This document shows positions 10,121 through 19,484 of a DNA stretch of 64,000 nucleotides, in pieces. A model generated the notes under the pieces. The model made no database searches, was not told the DNA's origin, and saw only the letters and a program-made list of their open reading frames with translations. Origin of the DNA: Poseidonia sp. GTDB taxonomy: Archaea; Thermoplasmatota; Poseidoniia; Poseidoniales; Poseidoniaceae. Both the position numbers and the translations under genes were made by a program. Location of the stretch: positions 160,001 to 224,000 of the forward strand of contig CBFIDD010000003.1 of the NCBI GenBank assembly GCA_965661285.1, written 5' to 3'. Within the stretch, counting starts at the first letter, position 1; every line of letters begins with the position of its first letter.

Positions 10121-10983
10121 CGCCACGTCGCCTCAAGAGGGTCAACCCCTTTGTGAAGGGCCATGATTTGAGCCACCACGGCGACGGCGATTTCCTCGGG
10201 TGATTGCGCACCGATGTTGAGACCGATGGGGCAGATCACCTGGTCCAGCAGGGGTTGAGGTAACCCTTCATCGCGACATGCTTTCTCAAACGCTTGCCAT
10301 TTGGAACGGCTGCCGATCACACCGATTCTTGGCGCCCTCGTACCGTCGAGTGAAACCTCAGGTGTGTTCAGCCGGTGAAGCAGACCAAGCAGTCGTTCCT
10401 GATCTTCGGCCCAATCGTGCCCGAGGAGAATGACGTCGGAAAACCGCTGAAGTGACGTCGTGGTTTCTTCACTGAGCCAGTCGAGAATGGCAGCCGATGA
10501 GCGCTCGACGGCGTGGGGGTATTTATCAGAAGAAACATACGCTTCGCGGGTGTCGTGGACAGAATAACGCCAGCCAAGGCTGTGAAAGGTCGCCGCCAGC
10601 GCCTCGCCGCAATGACCGCCCCCCATGATGTGAACGTGTGGCATGGGAATCATCACCTCGATGGCGATCGACACCCGACCGCCGCAAAGAGAATCAAGCG
10701 GCGTTACCTCATAGCCCTTCGCACCTTTGTTCAAGCCGAAGTTCAGCACCTCCGCAAAGGGTTGGTTGGCCTCACTGAGGAGACGGCGACATCGCTCGAG
10801 CACCTTGTGCTCAAGCCCGGCCCCGCCCACCGTTCCGGTCCAGGATTCTTCATTGGACGACATCGCAAGACGAGCGCCCGTTTTTCCCGGAACACTCCCC
10901 GAGGTGTTCAACACCGTGGCCATGACAACCTTGCGTTGCGAAGCGAGTTCGCTCAGGACCCAATGGAGAACGTGAGCGGTCAT
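10111..10983 (-). CDS. xdhC: XdhC/CoxI family Moco chaperone
   Basis: GSVPGKTGA, GTVGG, CGG, IGVIGSRSK, PIGLNIGAQSPEEIAVAVVAQI. Confidence 0.92.
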   Translation of the reverse strand: MTAHVLHWVLSELASQRKVVMATVLNTSGSVPGKTGARLAMSSNEESWTGTVGGAGLEHKVLERCRRLLSEANQPFAEVLNFGLNKGAKGYEVTPLDSLCGGRVSIAIEVMIPMPHVHIMGGGHCGEALAATFHSLGWRYSVHDTREAYVSSDKYPHAVERSSAAILDWLSEETTTSLQRFSDVILLGHDWAEDQERLLGLLHRLNTPEVSLDGTRAPRIGVIGSRSKWQAFEKACRDEGLPQPLLDQVICPIGLNIGAQSPEEIAVAVVAQIMALHKGVDPLEATWRQA

Positions 10984-11006
10984 GGAGGGTCCTCAACGGG
11001 TGGCCC

Positions 11007-11618
11007 TCATATCCCTTCGCTTTGAGAAAAACAAGCGGAAAGATGTGGACCGGTGGACCTCAATTGGTCGACGTCGTCCTGCGCATCAATGTTCATGTGC
11101 AACCACGGGGCATCGAAAGCGACACCGGTAAACGATACGATGTCGCGAAGCCGCCGGTCTTGGCCTGCATGACGCACGGCATCCACGGCCTCAGCATCCA
11201 ACACAACCGGATGCCCTTTTCGCTCCAAGGCCATAGGCGCCGTATTCCCATGATGACGAAGCAAGGTTTGGAGGAGGTCCACATCCCAACACGGACGGTC
11301 GACCGGCACCATCACCACGCGCGACAGCGAACTCCCAAAAACCTCCAAGAGGTGATGAAGGCCGAGTTGCAGCGACCCGGTCCGTCCCGCATCCGGATGG
11401 GGATTCACCACGATGGAGGCTTCGGGGAGCCGTTGGCGAACATCGGTTTCAATCGCAGCGTTCACCACCACCACCGGCCTGCATCCTGCGCTTCGTAGTC
11501 GATGATACGCCCACTCGACCAACGTTTTCCCGTTGACCGATACCAGTGCCTTCGGCCTGCCGAGACGGCGGCTGTGGCCGGCTGCAAGGACCACCGCCGG
11601 CACGAGCGTCGTATCCAT
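11007..11618 (-). CDS. MocA/MobA-like nucleotidyltransferase, probably molybdopterin cytidylyltransferase
   Basis: VVLAAGHSRRLGRPKAL, PVDRP, GHPV and NID motifs; adjacent to xdhC. Confidence 0.85.
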   Translation of the reverse strand: MDTTLVPAVVLAAGHSRRLGRPKALVSVNGKTLVEWAYHRLRSAGCRPVVVVNAAIETDVRQRLPEASIVVNPHPDAGRTGSLQLGLHHLLEVFGSSLSRVVMVPVDRPCWDVDLLQTLLRHHGNTAPMALERKGHPVVLDAEAVDAVRHAGQDRRLRDIVSFTGVAFDAPWLHMNIDAQDDVDQLRSTGPHLSACFSQSEGI

Positions 11619-11694
11619 GAAGCGAAGAATGGACCTCCGTCCTTTGGGTTTACGCCCCTTTGAACTTGATATATACTTGAGCAATCAACACCGC

Positions 11695-12465
11695 ATGGTC
11701 GCATGGACACCGCCCGGACACTGGTTAAGCGCCAGCCGTGACGCCTACAAACGTTCCATGGAATTTCTACAGGGCATCGTAACGGGTTCACCGCATATGG
11801 AACTCAAAGAGAACGTGCAATCACTCCCAAAAATCACCGTCCAAGGCACATCAAGACGTTGGTACAGCATCAACACGCGAGCGCACTACATTGAGGACTA
11901 CATCGAAGTTGAAGGCGACTACCGTGAAGTCAAGGAAGTGCATTGGAACATCAGTATCCTCGGCGCCGCATGGAAAACAGACCTCGACCACGAAACGCCG
12001 TTTGCGGTTTCACTGTGCATCAATCCCCGGTCCGAATCAAGAGGCTTGCCCGTGGGCGACCAAGTGGCTGCGCTTGCGCTTGCCCTGCGCAACGACAAGA
12101 CCACGGCAATGCGGATACCGCTGCTCGCTCAGTTCATTGTTTCACCACGGAATGCGCTGCGTGGCGTCTATCAGTTCAGCGAGGAAGGCGTGGTCATGGA
12201 AGACGATGTATTCATGGAACCCCCCGATGAATTTGAGATTGAGGACCTCGACGAATACGCTGACATCCCACAGGATTGGCCAGGCGTCGGCGTGTTCGAG
12301 CCTTTTGAATTCGAACATTTTGCATCCGAAATTGAAGACCGCCAACTCGACTCCTGGATGGAAAAGCAGGAAGAGCGCGCCTCGCGAAGCAGCAGGTCAC
12401 CTTGGCATCATGACGAGGATCGAATCTGGGAGATGGAGGACAATCTCCGAAAAGGCCGCCGCTAA
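11695..12465 (+). CDS. Hypothetical protein with acidic C-terminal region
   Basis: Long ORF divergent from the MocA-like gene, with an AT-rich TATA-like element (GATATATA) about 25 bp upstream of ATG 11695. Confidence 0.75.
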   Translation: MVAWTPPGHWLSASRDAYKRSMEFLQGIVTGSPHMELKENVQSLPKITVQGTSRRWYSINTRAHYIEDYIEVEGDYREVKEVHWNISILGAAWKTDLDHETPFAVSLCINPRSESRGLPVGDQVAALALALRNDKTTAMRIPLLAQFIVSPRNALRGVYQFSEEGVVMEDDVFMEPPDEFEIEDLDEYADIPQDWPGVGVFEPFEFEHFASEIEDRQLDSWMEKQEERASRSSRSPWHHDEDRIWEMEDNLRKGRR

Positions 12466-13614
12466 TCAAAGCCCTTTGGTGATTTCTCGACCGATGATCA
12501 TCCGCTGAACTTGGGAAGAGCCTTCGTAAATCTGCATGACCTTGGCCCCTCGCATCAAACGAGCAACGGGGTATTCCTCAGAGTAGCCGTAGCCGCCGTA
12601 AATTTGCACCGCATCGGTGGCGACCTGCATGGCCATATCGGCAGAGAATCGCTTGGCGTGGGCTGCAGATTCGGTGTTGCGCACCCCTGCGTCGTATTCT
12701 GCCGCAGATTTCCAGGTCAGCATTCGTGAAGCCTCGATGTTGGTTTTCATGTCGGCGAGCATGAATTGGATGGCTTGATGTTGATGAAGCGGCTTTCCGA
12801 ACGTCTGGCGCTCATTGGCGTATTGGAGCGCATGTTCGTAGGCTGCACGAGCAAGACCCGTGGCATGGGCTGCGATGTTGGGTCTGCTCATGTCGAAGGC
12901 CTTCATGGCGTTCATCCAACCGCCCGATTCAGAACCACCGATCAAGTGGTCCGCAGGCACCCGAACATCGTCGAAGGAAATTGAGCGCGTGTCCGAGCAG
13001 CGTTGCCCCATGTTGGTTTCTTTCTTACCGAGGGAGAAGCCGGGCGTGTCCTTTTCGACCACAAAGCCCGACATGCCGCGATAACCTGCATCGGGGTCGG
13101 TCTTGGCCAAGACAAAGAAGAAATCTGCGTGGCCGGCACCGGTGATCCACATCTTCGAGCCGTTGATGACATAGTCATCGCCGTCTTTGATGGCGGTGGT
13201 TTTGCAGGCGGCAACGTCCGAGCCTGCGCCCGGTTCGGTGACGGCATAGGAAGCGAGCGCTCCCTCTTCTGCAATTTTTCCCAACCAGTGTTCTTTCTGC
13301 TCCTCCGTAGCACCGGTGATGATGGGCGCACTGGCGAGGGCCGTAGCGTAGGCGGCCGTGGCAAATCCAGGGTCGCCCCAAGCCAGTTCTTCGTTAACGA
13401 GCACTTCCTCAAAAGAACCGAGTCCAGCGCCACCATAGGCTTCAGGAATGTGGAGGTTCAGCAACCCCATCTCATGAGCGGCTTGGATGGTTTCTTTCGG
13501 GTAGTGGGCGGATTCGTCCCAGTGTTCGGCCTTGGGTCGTATTTCGTCTTGGGCAAACTCATGAGCGAGTTCCTTCAACATGGCTTGCATCTCATCGAGT
13601 TGGAAGTCCACCAT
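12466..13614 (-). CDS. Acyl-CoA dehydrogenase
   Basis: YAVTEPGAGSD, INGSKMWIT, RQTFGKPL, QIYGGYGY, QIYEGSSQVQR. Confidence 0.97.
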   Translation of the reverse strand: MVDFQLDEMQAMLKELAHEFAQDEIRPKAEHWDESAHYPKETIQAAHEMGLLNLHIPEAYGGAGLGSFEEVLVNEELAWGDPGFATAAYATALASAPIITGATEEQKEHWLGKIAEEGALASYAVTEPGAGSDVAACKTTAIKDGDDYVINGSKMWITGAGHADFFFVLAKTDPDAGYRGMSGFVVEKDTPGFSLGKKETNMGQRCSDTRSISFDDVRVPADHLIGGSESGGWMNAMKAFDMSRPNIAAHATGLARAAYEHALQYANERQTFGKPLHQHQAIQFMLADMKTNIEASRMLTWKSAAEYDAGVRNTESAAHAKRFSADMAMQVATDAVQIYGGYGYSEEYPVARLMRGAKVMQIYEGSSQVQRMIIGREITKGL

Positions 13615-13700
13615 GCTACGGCGAAGCATCGCTCCCTTAAGAGCGATGAGTTTGGCACCTCACCTCTTGATTCACCATCAATTGAAAAGGGCCGGGTCGA

Positions 13701-14831
13701 TTAGAGCACGAGGTAGCCTTGGTGTTCAGCAGCGAGGAACGCCAAGAAAATCAAGTAAATCAGGATGAGCACGACGCCCTCCCATCGCTTGAATTCGTAT
13801 TCTGAACGCATCATCAAAAGCGCCACGCCCGTGCCGACAAAGGTGGCCGGAATGATGAGGTAGGCCGTCAGGGCAAAGCTCGCTGAGGTGAGTGCAAGCG
13901 GGTGGACAACAGCGGCAAAGCCGATGGAGAGGAGCGGGTCGGTGATGTTTGAACCGATGAGCGTGCCGATGGCGACGCCCTGGCTACGCTTGGCTGCGAG
14001 GAAGGCGATGGTCAATTCAGGAAGCGACGTGCCAAGGCCGGAAACCGTCGTGCCGATGACAGCGTGTGGAACGTTGAACGCGTAGGCCATGTCGCTGGCG
14101 ACGTTGACCAGATGGTGGGCAGCAAACAAGGCGAGCAACAAGCCGCTGGTGACCATGAACGCATAGGAAGCGGTGGTGCGTGTGACTTTTCGCTCAACGT
14201 GTTCACCTCCACTGAGTTCTTCTTCGAGAATCTCGTCCCTGTGGGATAAGAGCCAGTAGATGTAGGCGATGTACAACGACATCAAAAAGGCCCCCTCGAG
14301 ACGACTGAGGCCATCGCCCGTGAACAAGAAGAGCGTCAGGAGACCGATGGATGCGAACATGATGAAACCGTCTCGCTTGAGCCATGACGGTCGGACTTTG
14401 ACGCCACGAAACGCCACCACAACCCCCAGAATTAGGGTGATTTGAACAAGAATGGAACCGAAGATACCACCGATGGCCAAGTCACCGATTTCGGGGTTGT
14501 TGGGGATGTCCGCAGCGGCCGTGGAGGTGACCAAGATCTCGGGGAGCGACGTCCCGATGGAAACGATGGTCAGTCCGATGACAACTTCAGGTAAGCCAGC
14601 CCGATAGGCCAATCCTTTGGCCCCTTCGATGAACACATCAGCCGATTTGATGAGCAACGCAAGCGCCATAGCGAGCAGCGCAAACGACAACCAATTATTG
14701 TTGATGCTTGAGTCCTCAACGACGGTGTGAAGGGCCAAAATACCCAAAAAAAGCGCACCGTTGAGAACCAGCGTGTTACTAAAGACAAATTGGGGAATGC
14801 CGCTTTCGTTCGAAGCCGCTTCTTCACCCAT
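13701..14831 (-). CDS. Calcium/sodium antiporter (CaCA family, YrbG-like)
   Basis: Two alpha repeats: GTSLPE...GSI and GTSLPE...GSNI. Confidence 0.93.
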   Translation of the reverse strand: MGEEAASNESGIPQFVFSNTLVLNGALFLGILALHTVVEDSSINNNWLSFALLAMALALLIKSADVFIEGAKGLAYRAGLPEVVIGLTIVSIGTSLPEILVTSTAAADIPNNPEIGDLAIGGIFGSILVQITLILGVVVAFRGVKVRPSWLKRDGFIMFASIGLLTLFLFTGDGLSRLEGAFLMSLYIAYIYWLLSHRDEILEEELSGGEHVERKVTRTTASYAFMVTSGLLLALFAAHHLVNVASDMAYAFNVPHAVIGTTVSGLGTSLPELTIAFLAAKRSQGVAIGTLIGSNITDPLLSIGFAAVVHPLALTSASFALTAYLIIPATFVGTGVALLMMRSEYEFKRWEGVVLILIYLIFLAFLAAEHQGYLVL

Positions 14832-14931
14832 GTCGTGCGGTGAGGCATCCACTTCTTGACGGTTACCTCCCAGCGAGAGTGAAGAAGGCGTCTTAGCGAT
14901 ACTTTTCAACTACCGATTGGTGGTTGCAGCG

Positions 14932-15540
14932 ATGCGGAAGGCGTTCGCCGGAGAGTTTCTCGGTACCGCCTTCATGGTCGCCGTTGGATGCGGCAGTGTT
15001 GCCCTTGGCGCCAGTCATGTGATGGTCTCGCTCGCCTTCGGCGCCGCCGTGACGGTGGCCATCATCGCCTTCGGCGCCATGAGCGGCGCTCATATCAACC
15101 CGGCCGTGAGCATCGCTTTTTGGAGGGACGGACAGTTGGAGGGGAGGCTGCTTCCCACCTACATCCTGGCGCAATGCCTTGGCGGAATAACGGGAGCGCT
15201 CCTGGTCAGCGGTGCAGCCCCGACCACGGTCGCCCCTTCCTTGACGCTGGTTGAGGGATTCGGAATTGAAATCGCCATCACGGCCGCCCTCATGGCCAGC
15301 ATCCTTCTCATCGTTCAGCGCTCTTCTTCAAGGCCCGTCATCGCCGTTTGGGTCGGCGCAACGGTGGCCCTCCTGGCGTTCCTGGCCGGACCCTCCACCG
15401 GTGCAAGCATGAATCCTGCCCGCACCCTGGGGCCCAATGTACTCAACAGCATGTGGGCGTCGTTGCCCATTTACCTGGTTTCAACCACGCTCGGTGCCTG
15501 GTTTGCTTGCGACATCAAGCATCGGTTCTTTCCCGATTGA
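14932..15540 (+). CDS. MIP family aquaporin/aquaglyceroporin
   Basis: EFLGT, SGAHINPAV, GASMNPART. Confidence 0.95.
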   Translation: MRKAFAGEFLGTAFMVAVGCGSVALGASHVMVSLAFGAAVTVAIIAFGAMSGAHINPAVSIAFWRDGQLEGRLLPTYILAQCLGGITGALLVSGAAPTTVAPSLTLVEGFGIEIAITAALMASILLIVQRSSSRPVIAVWVGATVALLAFLAGPSTGASMNPARTLGPNVLNSMWASLPIYLVSTTLGAWFACDIKHRFFPD

Positions 15541-18144
15541 TCACGCATCAACGGAAGTTCGCAGCATCGCTGCAACGTGCTCCAACGATGGAATGGTGTG
15601 GTTTTCGAGCGGTGGAGCAAACGGGACCGGGGTGTCGAGCGCACCAATCACCGTAGGAGCAGATTCCAGTTCGTAGAAGCAATCTTCCATGATCCGTGAT
15701 TGAACCGTGTGGCCCAGTCCGCCGGCCCACTGGCCCTCTTGGAGAACGACCAAGCGTCCGGTTCGCTGGACAGAAGCAATGCAGGTCTCCGCATCAAACG
15801 GAAGCAGGGTGCGCAAGTCGACCACTTCAACCTCGATGTTCTCGTGTGCGAGAAGGTCAGCTGCTTGGAGAGCGATATGAACCATGGCGCCCCACGTCAC
15901 CAGTGTAATGTCCCGGCCGCCGCGAATGATCTCAGCCTTGCCGAGTTTGTATCGCTCACCCTTTTCGATATGCGTTGTGACGGTCTCGGTGTCAACGCGT
16001 TGGTTGATGTTCATGCCCCACCCCGTAAGGCCTCCACGAAGCCCGTACAAGCCGATGTGCTCGAGCATGAGAACGGGGTCGGGCAGTTGGGCGCCCTCCA
16101 TCAGCAAATCGTAGGCGTCCTGCGGTGTGCCTGGAGCCATCACCACCAGGCCCGGGTCGTTGGCAAACCAGGATTCAATCATGTTCGCATGAAACGGTCC
16201 GGAGCGTGTGCGAGCGCCCAATGGAATGCGAACCGTCATCGGGCAGTCGGCACCCCATCGCCAACGCAACATGGCGGCATTGTTGACCAGTGCGTTGAAT
16301 CCGAGGGCGGCAAAACCGCCGAATTGAATTTCAACCATGGGCTTCATTCCAGAGAGGGCTGCGCCAACACCGGTGTGAACGATCACGGCTTCGCACAAGG
16401 GCATGTCGATGAGTTTGTCGGTATGCCCTGCATTTTTCAGCGCCATGTTCATGCCGAATGCCCCGGCGACTTCCATGTCTTCTCCGATGAACACACAGTC
16501 CTCTCCATGCATGGTCGCAATGTCGGCCATGGCTTGTTGGATGGCTCGAGCGTAGGTCCATCCGCCTTTCTCGGCATACGACCATGCATGCTCGCCCACC
16601 GCCAAAGGAGCGGAGGTGTTGCGAGGTGGTTGCTGGCCTGAAAAGCGCTGCAGATGGTCCTCGTGGGTGTCGGCATCGTGCAATGTTGTGATCCCCTTGG
16701 TCACGGTTTCGGGTTCTGGCCACGCCATGGCAAGAAGTTCGGCCCTGGCGGCCTCAACCGCTTCCATCTCTTCTGCCTCCATCGCTTCGAGCAGGGATTC
16801 GTCAACACCCATGTCGACCAGCAGTGTCCGATGTGTTGGAATGGGGTCTTTTTGTTCCCAATATTCCAAAAGTTCCCGGTCAACATAGCCTGAGGGGGTT
16901 CCGCTTGGATTGCCAAGGTAGAGGTCGTCGTGGTGGTGCGCATGACCACACCCGCGCATGGTTTCGACATGGATAAGGGTCGGACCGCCACCGGCCATGG
17001 CAAATTCTCGTGCCACGGCCGTTGAAGCATGCCAGGCCGCGGGGTCGGAGCCGTCGATGGTCCAGGCCGGGAAGCCCATGGCGCCGGCCTTGTCGGCCCA
17101 TACCTCAACACCGGACTGTTTTGCTGGCGGCGTATCGAGAGCGATTTGGTTGTTCTGAAGGATGTAGGTGATAGGCAAGCCCCGGGCGCCGGCGAGGTTC
17201 ATGGCTTCCCAAAATTCTCCAGATGAGGAAGCACCTTCTCCGATACAAGCCACGTGGAACCGGTCGAGTGATTGGCGCCAAGCTGCAAAGGCGAGACCGG
17301 TCATGGTTGCGCTGGCGATGGGCAGCGGGGCAGTGGGTGGAAGCACGCCCACGTGCCATGCACCCACGTGAAGGTCGCGACCCCCAGCATCGTCCCAACC
17401 GCCGTTTTGGTTGGAACCGGCTTTTCCAAGATTCGCAGCCATGACGTCAAGCGGCGTATCGCCCATCGCAAGACCAAGGCCAACATCTCGAATCATCGGA
17501 GCGACCAGGTCGCCATCATAACCCTCTCCGGGATGTGCGTCCCGAGGCGCGTCGGGTTGGCGCTTGAGTGCCGTAGCGACCGCCACCACGCCCTCCTGCC
17601 ATGTGGAACGGAAGCCTTTGCCCCCAAATCGCCCACCGTCTGGCGTCTCGACACCATCGGTGAAGATCTCTTTCAGCGCACCGTCCAAGCATCGTGTTCG
17701 GGTCATCAGGCGTTGCCATTCAAGCCGTTGTTCAACGGTGACCGCCATATAATGTGCCAAGCGACGCAGCATCAGTCGCATGTCAACAAGAAAGTGCGTT
17801 CGTCGCCGTTCAAGCATGAGCTCCATGCTACGGCGAGGGATGACCTCCCGTTCGAGGTCATCGCCGAGGGTGGATTTCATCTGTTTTTTCAAGCCGCGCT
17901 CAAGACCGTCAACGAACCGTGTTGCGAACGTGTTCCACGAAGCCCCTTCAAAGGTTTCAGGCTCGCCGTCCACCAAGTGGTCCCAAACATTAGCGACGAG
18001 GAAGAGATGGGCGTCGTGTCGCTGAGCCACAAAGGTGAGGACCTCCGTGCGAGCGGCATCTTTGGGAAGCGGTTGGACAAACATCAGGGGCTGGTCCGCT
18101 CGCCAATCTTGGCCAAAGATTTCCGGAAGGTCTCCCTGCGACAT
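15541..18144 (-). CDS. Fused alpha/beta E1 component of a 2-oxoacid dehydrogenase with an N-terminal extension
   Basis: ThDP motif GEGASSSGEFWEAMN...NN; beta-subunit motifs IGEDM, EIQF, GPFH, EVVDLRTL. Confidence 0.9.
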   Translation of the reverse strand: MSQGDLPEIFGQDWRADQPLMFVQPLPKDAARTEVLTFVAQRHDAHLFLVANVWDHLVDGEPETFEGASWNTFATRFVDGLERGLKKQMKSTLGDDLEREVIPRRSMELMLERRRTHFLVDMRLMLRRLAHYMAVTVEQRLEWQRLMTRTRCLDGALKEIFTDGVETPDGGRFGGKGFRSTWQEGVVAVATALKRQPDAPRDAHPGEGYDGDLVAPMIRDVGLGLAMGDTPLDVMAANLGKAGSNQNGGWDDAGGRDLHVGAWHVGVLPPTAPLPIASATMTGLAFAAWRQSLDRFHVACIGEGASSSGEFWEAMNLAGARGLPITYILQNNQIALDTPPAKQSGVEVWADKAGAMGFPAWTIDGSDPAAWHASTAVAREFAMAGGGPTLIHVETMRGCGHAHHHDDLYLGNPSGTPSGYVDRELLEYWEQKDPIPTHRTLLVDMGVDESLLEAMEAEEMEAVEAARAELLAMAWPEPETVTKGITTLHDADTHEDHLQRFSGQQPPRNTSAPLAVGEHAWSYAEKGGWTYARAIQQAMADIATMHGEDCVFIGEDMEVAGAFGMNMALKNAGHTDKLIDMPLCEAVIVHTGVGAALSGMKPMVEIQFGGFAALGFNALVNNAAMLRWRWGADCPMTVRIPLGARTRSGPFHANMIESWFANDPGLVVMAPGTPQDAYDLLMEGAQLPDPVLMLEHIGLYGLRGGLTGWGMNINQRVDTETVTTHIEKGERYKLGKAEIIRGGRDITLVTWGAMVHIALQAADLLAHENIEVEVVDLRTLLPFDAETCIASVQRTGRLVVLQEGQWAGGLGHTVQSRIMEDCFYELESAPTVIGALDTPVPFAPPLENHTIPSLEHVAAMLRTSVDA

Positions 18145-18179
18145 GGCCTGTCCCCGACCCTCCCAAGGGATGGGTGGTT

Positions 18180-19484
18180 TCAATCCTCTTCTTGTCCGAT
18201 TTGCAGGTGTGCTTCAGCAACCGAATGGATTGATTTTCGTTTCGTGATTTCTTCCTCGTAGCATTCGTGAAGCAATTCCCGGTTGGTCAAGGTCAACACC
18301 AGCGCACCAATTGCAGGAAGAGCAAGCCCCCCAAGCGCAAGTGCCCAGGACCCAAACACATCGAACACGGGGCCCACCAACAACGGCCCAACAATGGTGC
18401 CAGCAGCCCATGCAGCACCGAAGACGCCGAAGGCAAGCCCGGGGTTACCCTCTCCAAGGGCACGGTTTGTGGCGGTGTCGATCATCGGGAGCATCGGTAT
18501 TTGTGCGGCGGCGATGAAAAATTGGAACGAGCCCAGGAGCAGAATCATGCCCAAGATGGCCATCTGACCGGACAAGATGTAGCCGACCAAGCCGACGCCC
18601 AGAAGCGAGACGACGACGAAGGACCAACCGATGAGCATGTACCTCGTCGGGCCGTTTCGGTCAACCCATCGGCCCCAAACCACCGAGCCGAGCCCCTGCA
18701 TCAAGACCATGACCAAAAGAACGCCTCCAATGGCCGCCGAAGAGAGACCGAGGGCGTCATCAAGGAAGAGAGGAACACCCGCTTCAAGCGCCCCGGTGGC
18801 CAGGGTGGTGATGGCCAACAGCACACCGACTCGAAACAAAATCCGGTCGGTGAAGAACACGCGAATCGACACCGCAGAAGACGTGTGTTCACGCGGTCCA
18901 CCCACCACTTCCCTGGACGTCCACATCAACGGGCAGACCAACCCCGTCAGCAACGCCAACACGGTGAAGGCTGAAGCCTCGCCCCAGGTGAATAAAACGC
19001 CGCCAAGCACCGGTCCGAACAGCCCACCGATGGCTGCCATGCCGAGGAGTTTGCCCGCTTGCTCACCAAATTTCGTCGGCCACAGTTGTGAGGCTGCAGC
19101 TAAGCCTGCGGTCATGATGGTGGCGCCGGATGCACCGTGCACCATCCGAGCAAAAGCGAGCAACAGAAACGGTCGGCCCACCCATTCGTTGGTCGCCACC
19201 ACGTACAGGCCGCTTGACAAGGTCAGGAGCACCAAACTGACGAACACCGTACGGCCTGCGCCAAAGCGGTCGGTGATGCGACCGGTCAGTGGGCCAAAGA
19301 GGAGCAACGGGACCGCCCAAAGCGACACTAAAAGGGTGGCCTGGGTGGCGTTGAGGTCAAACTGTGTTTGCCAGGATGGTAAAATGGGGACGATGAACGC
19401 ATAACCGAGAAAGTTGACGAAAAAGGCCAGCAGAAGCGCCAGAAAGGCTCGCTGGAGTCGTCGCTCCACCTCATGGGCATTCAC
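18180..19484 (-). CDS. MFS transporter
   Basis: About 12 TM helices; motif A GRITDRFG and its second copy GRWVDRNG; GTG start overlaps the upstream stop. Confidence 0.9.
   Translation of the reverse strand: MNAHEVERRLQRAFLALLLAFFVNFLGYAFIVPILPSWQTQFDLNATQATLLVSLWAVPLLLFGPLTGRITDRFGAGRTVFVSLVLLTLSSGLYVVATNEWVGRPFLLLAFARMVHGASGATIMTAGLAAASQLWPTKFGEQAGKLLGMAAIGGLFGPVLGGVLFTWGEASAFTVLALLTGLVCPLMWTSREVVGGPREHTSSAVSIRVFFTDRILFRVGVLLAITTLATGALEAGVPLFLDDALGLSSAAIGGVLLVMVLMQGLGSVVWGRWVDRNGPTRYMLIGWSFVVVSLLGVGLVGYILSGQMAILGMILLLGSFQFFIAAAQIPMLPMIDTATNRALGEGNPGLAFGVFGAAWAAGTIVGPLLVGPVFDVFGSWALALGGLALPAIGALVLTLTNRELLHECYEEEITKRKSIHSVAEAHLQIGQEED

Noticed and set aside
14932-15540. Aquaporin plus ArsC as an arsenic resistance system
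   Set aside because: The genes are about 27 kb apart with no arsR or acr3, and channel selectivity cannot be determined by eye.
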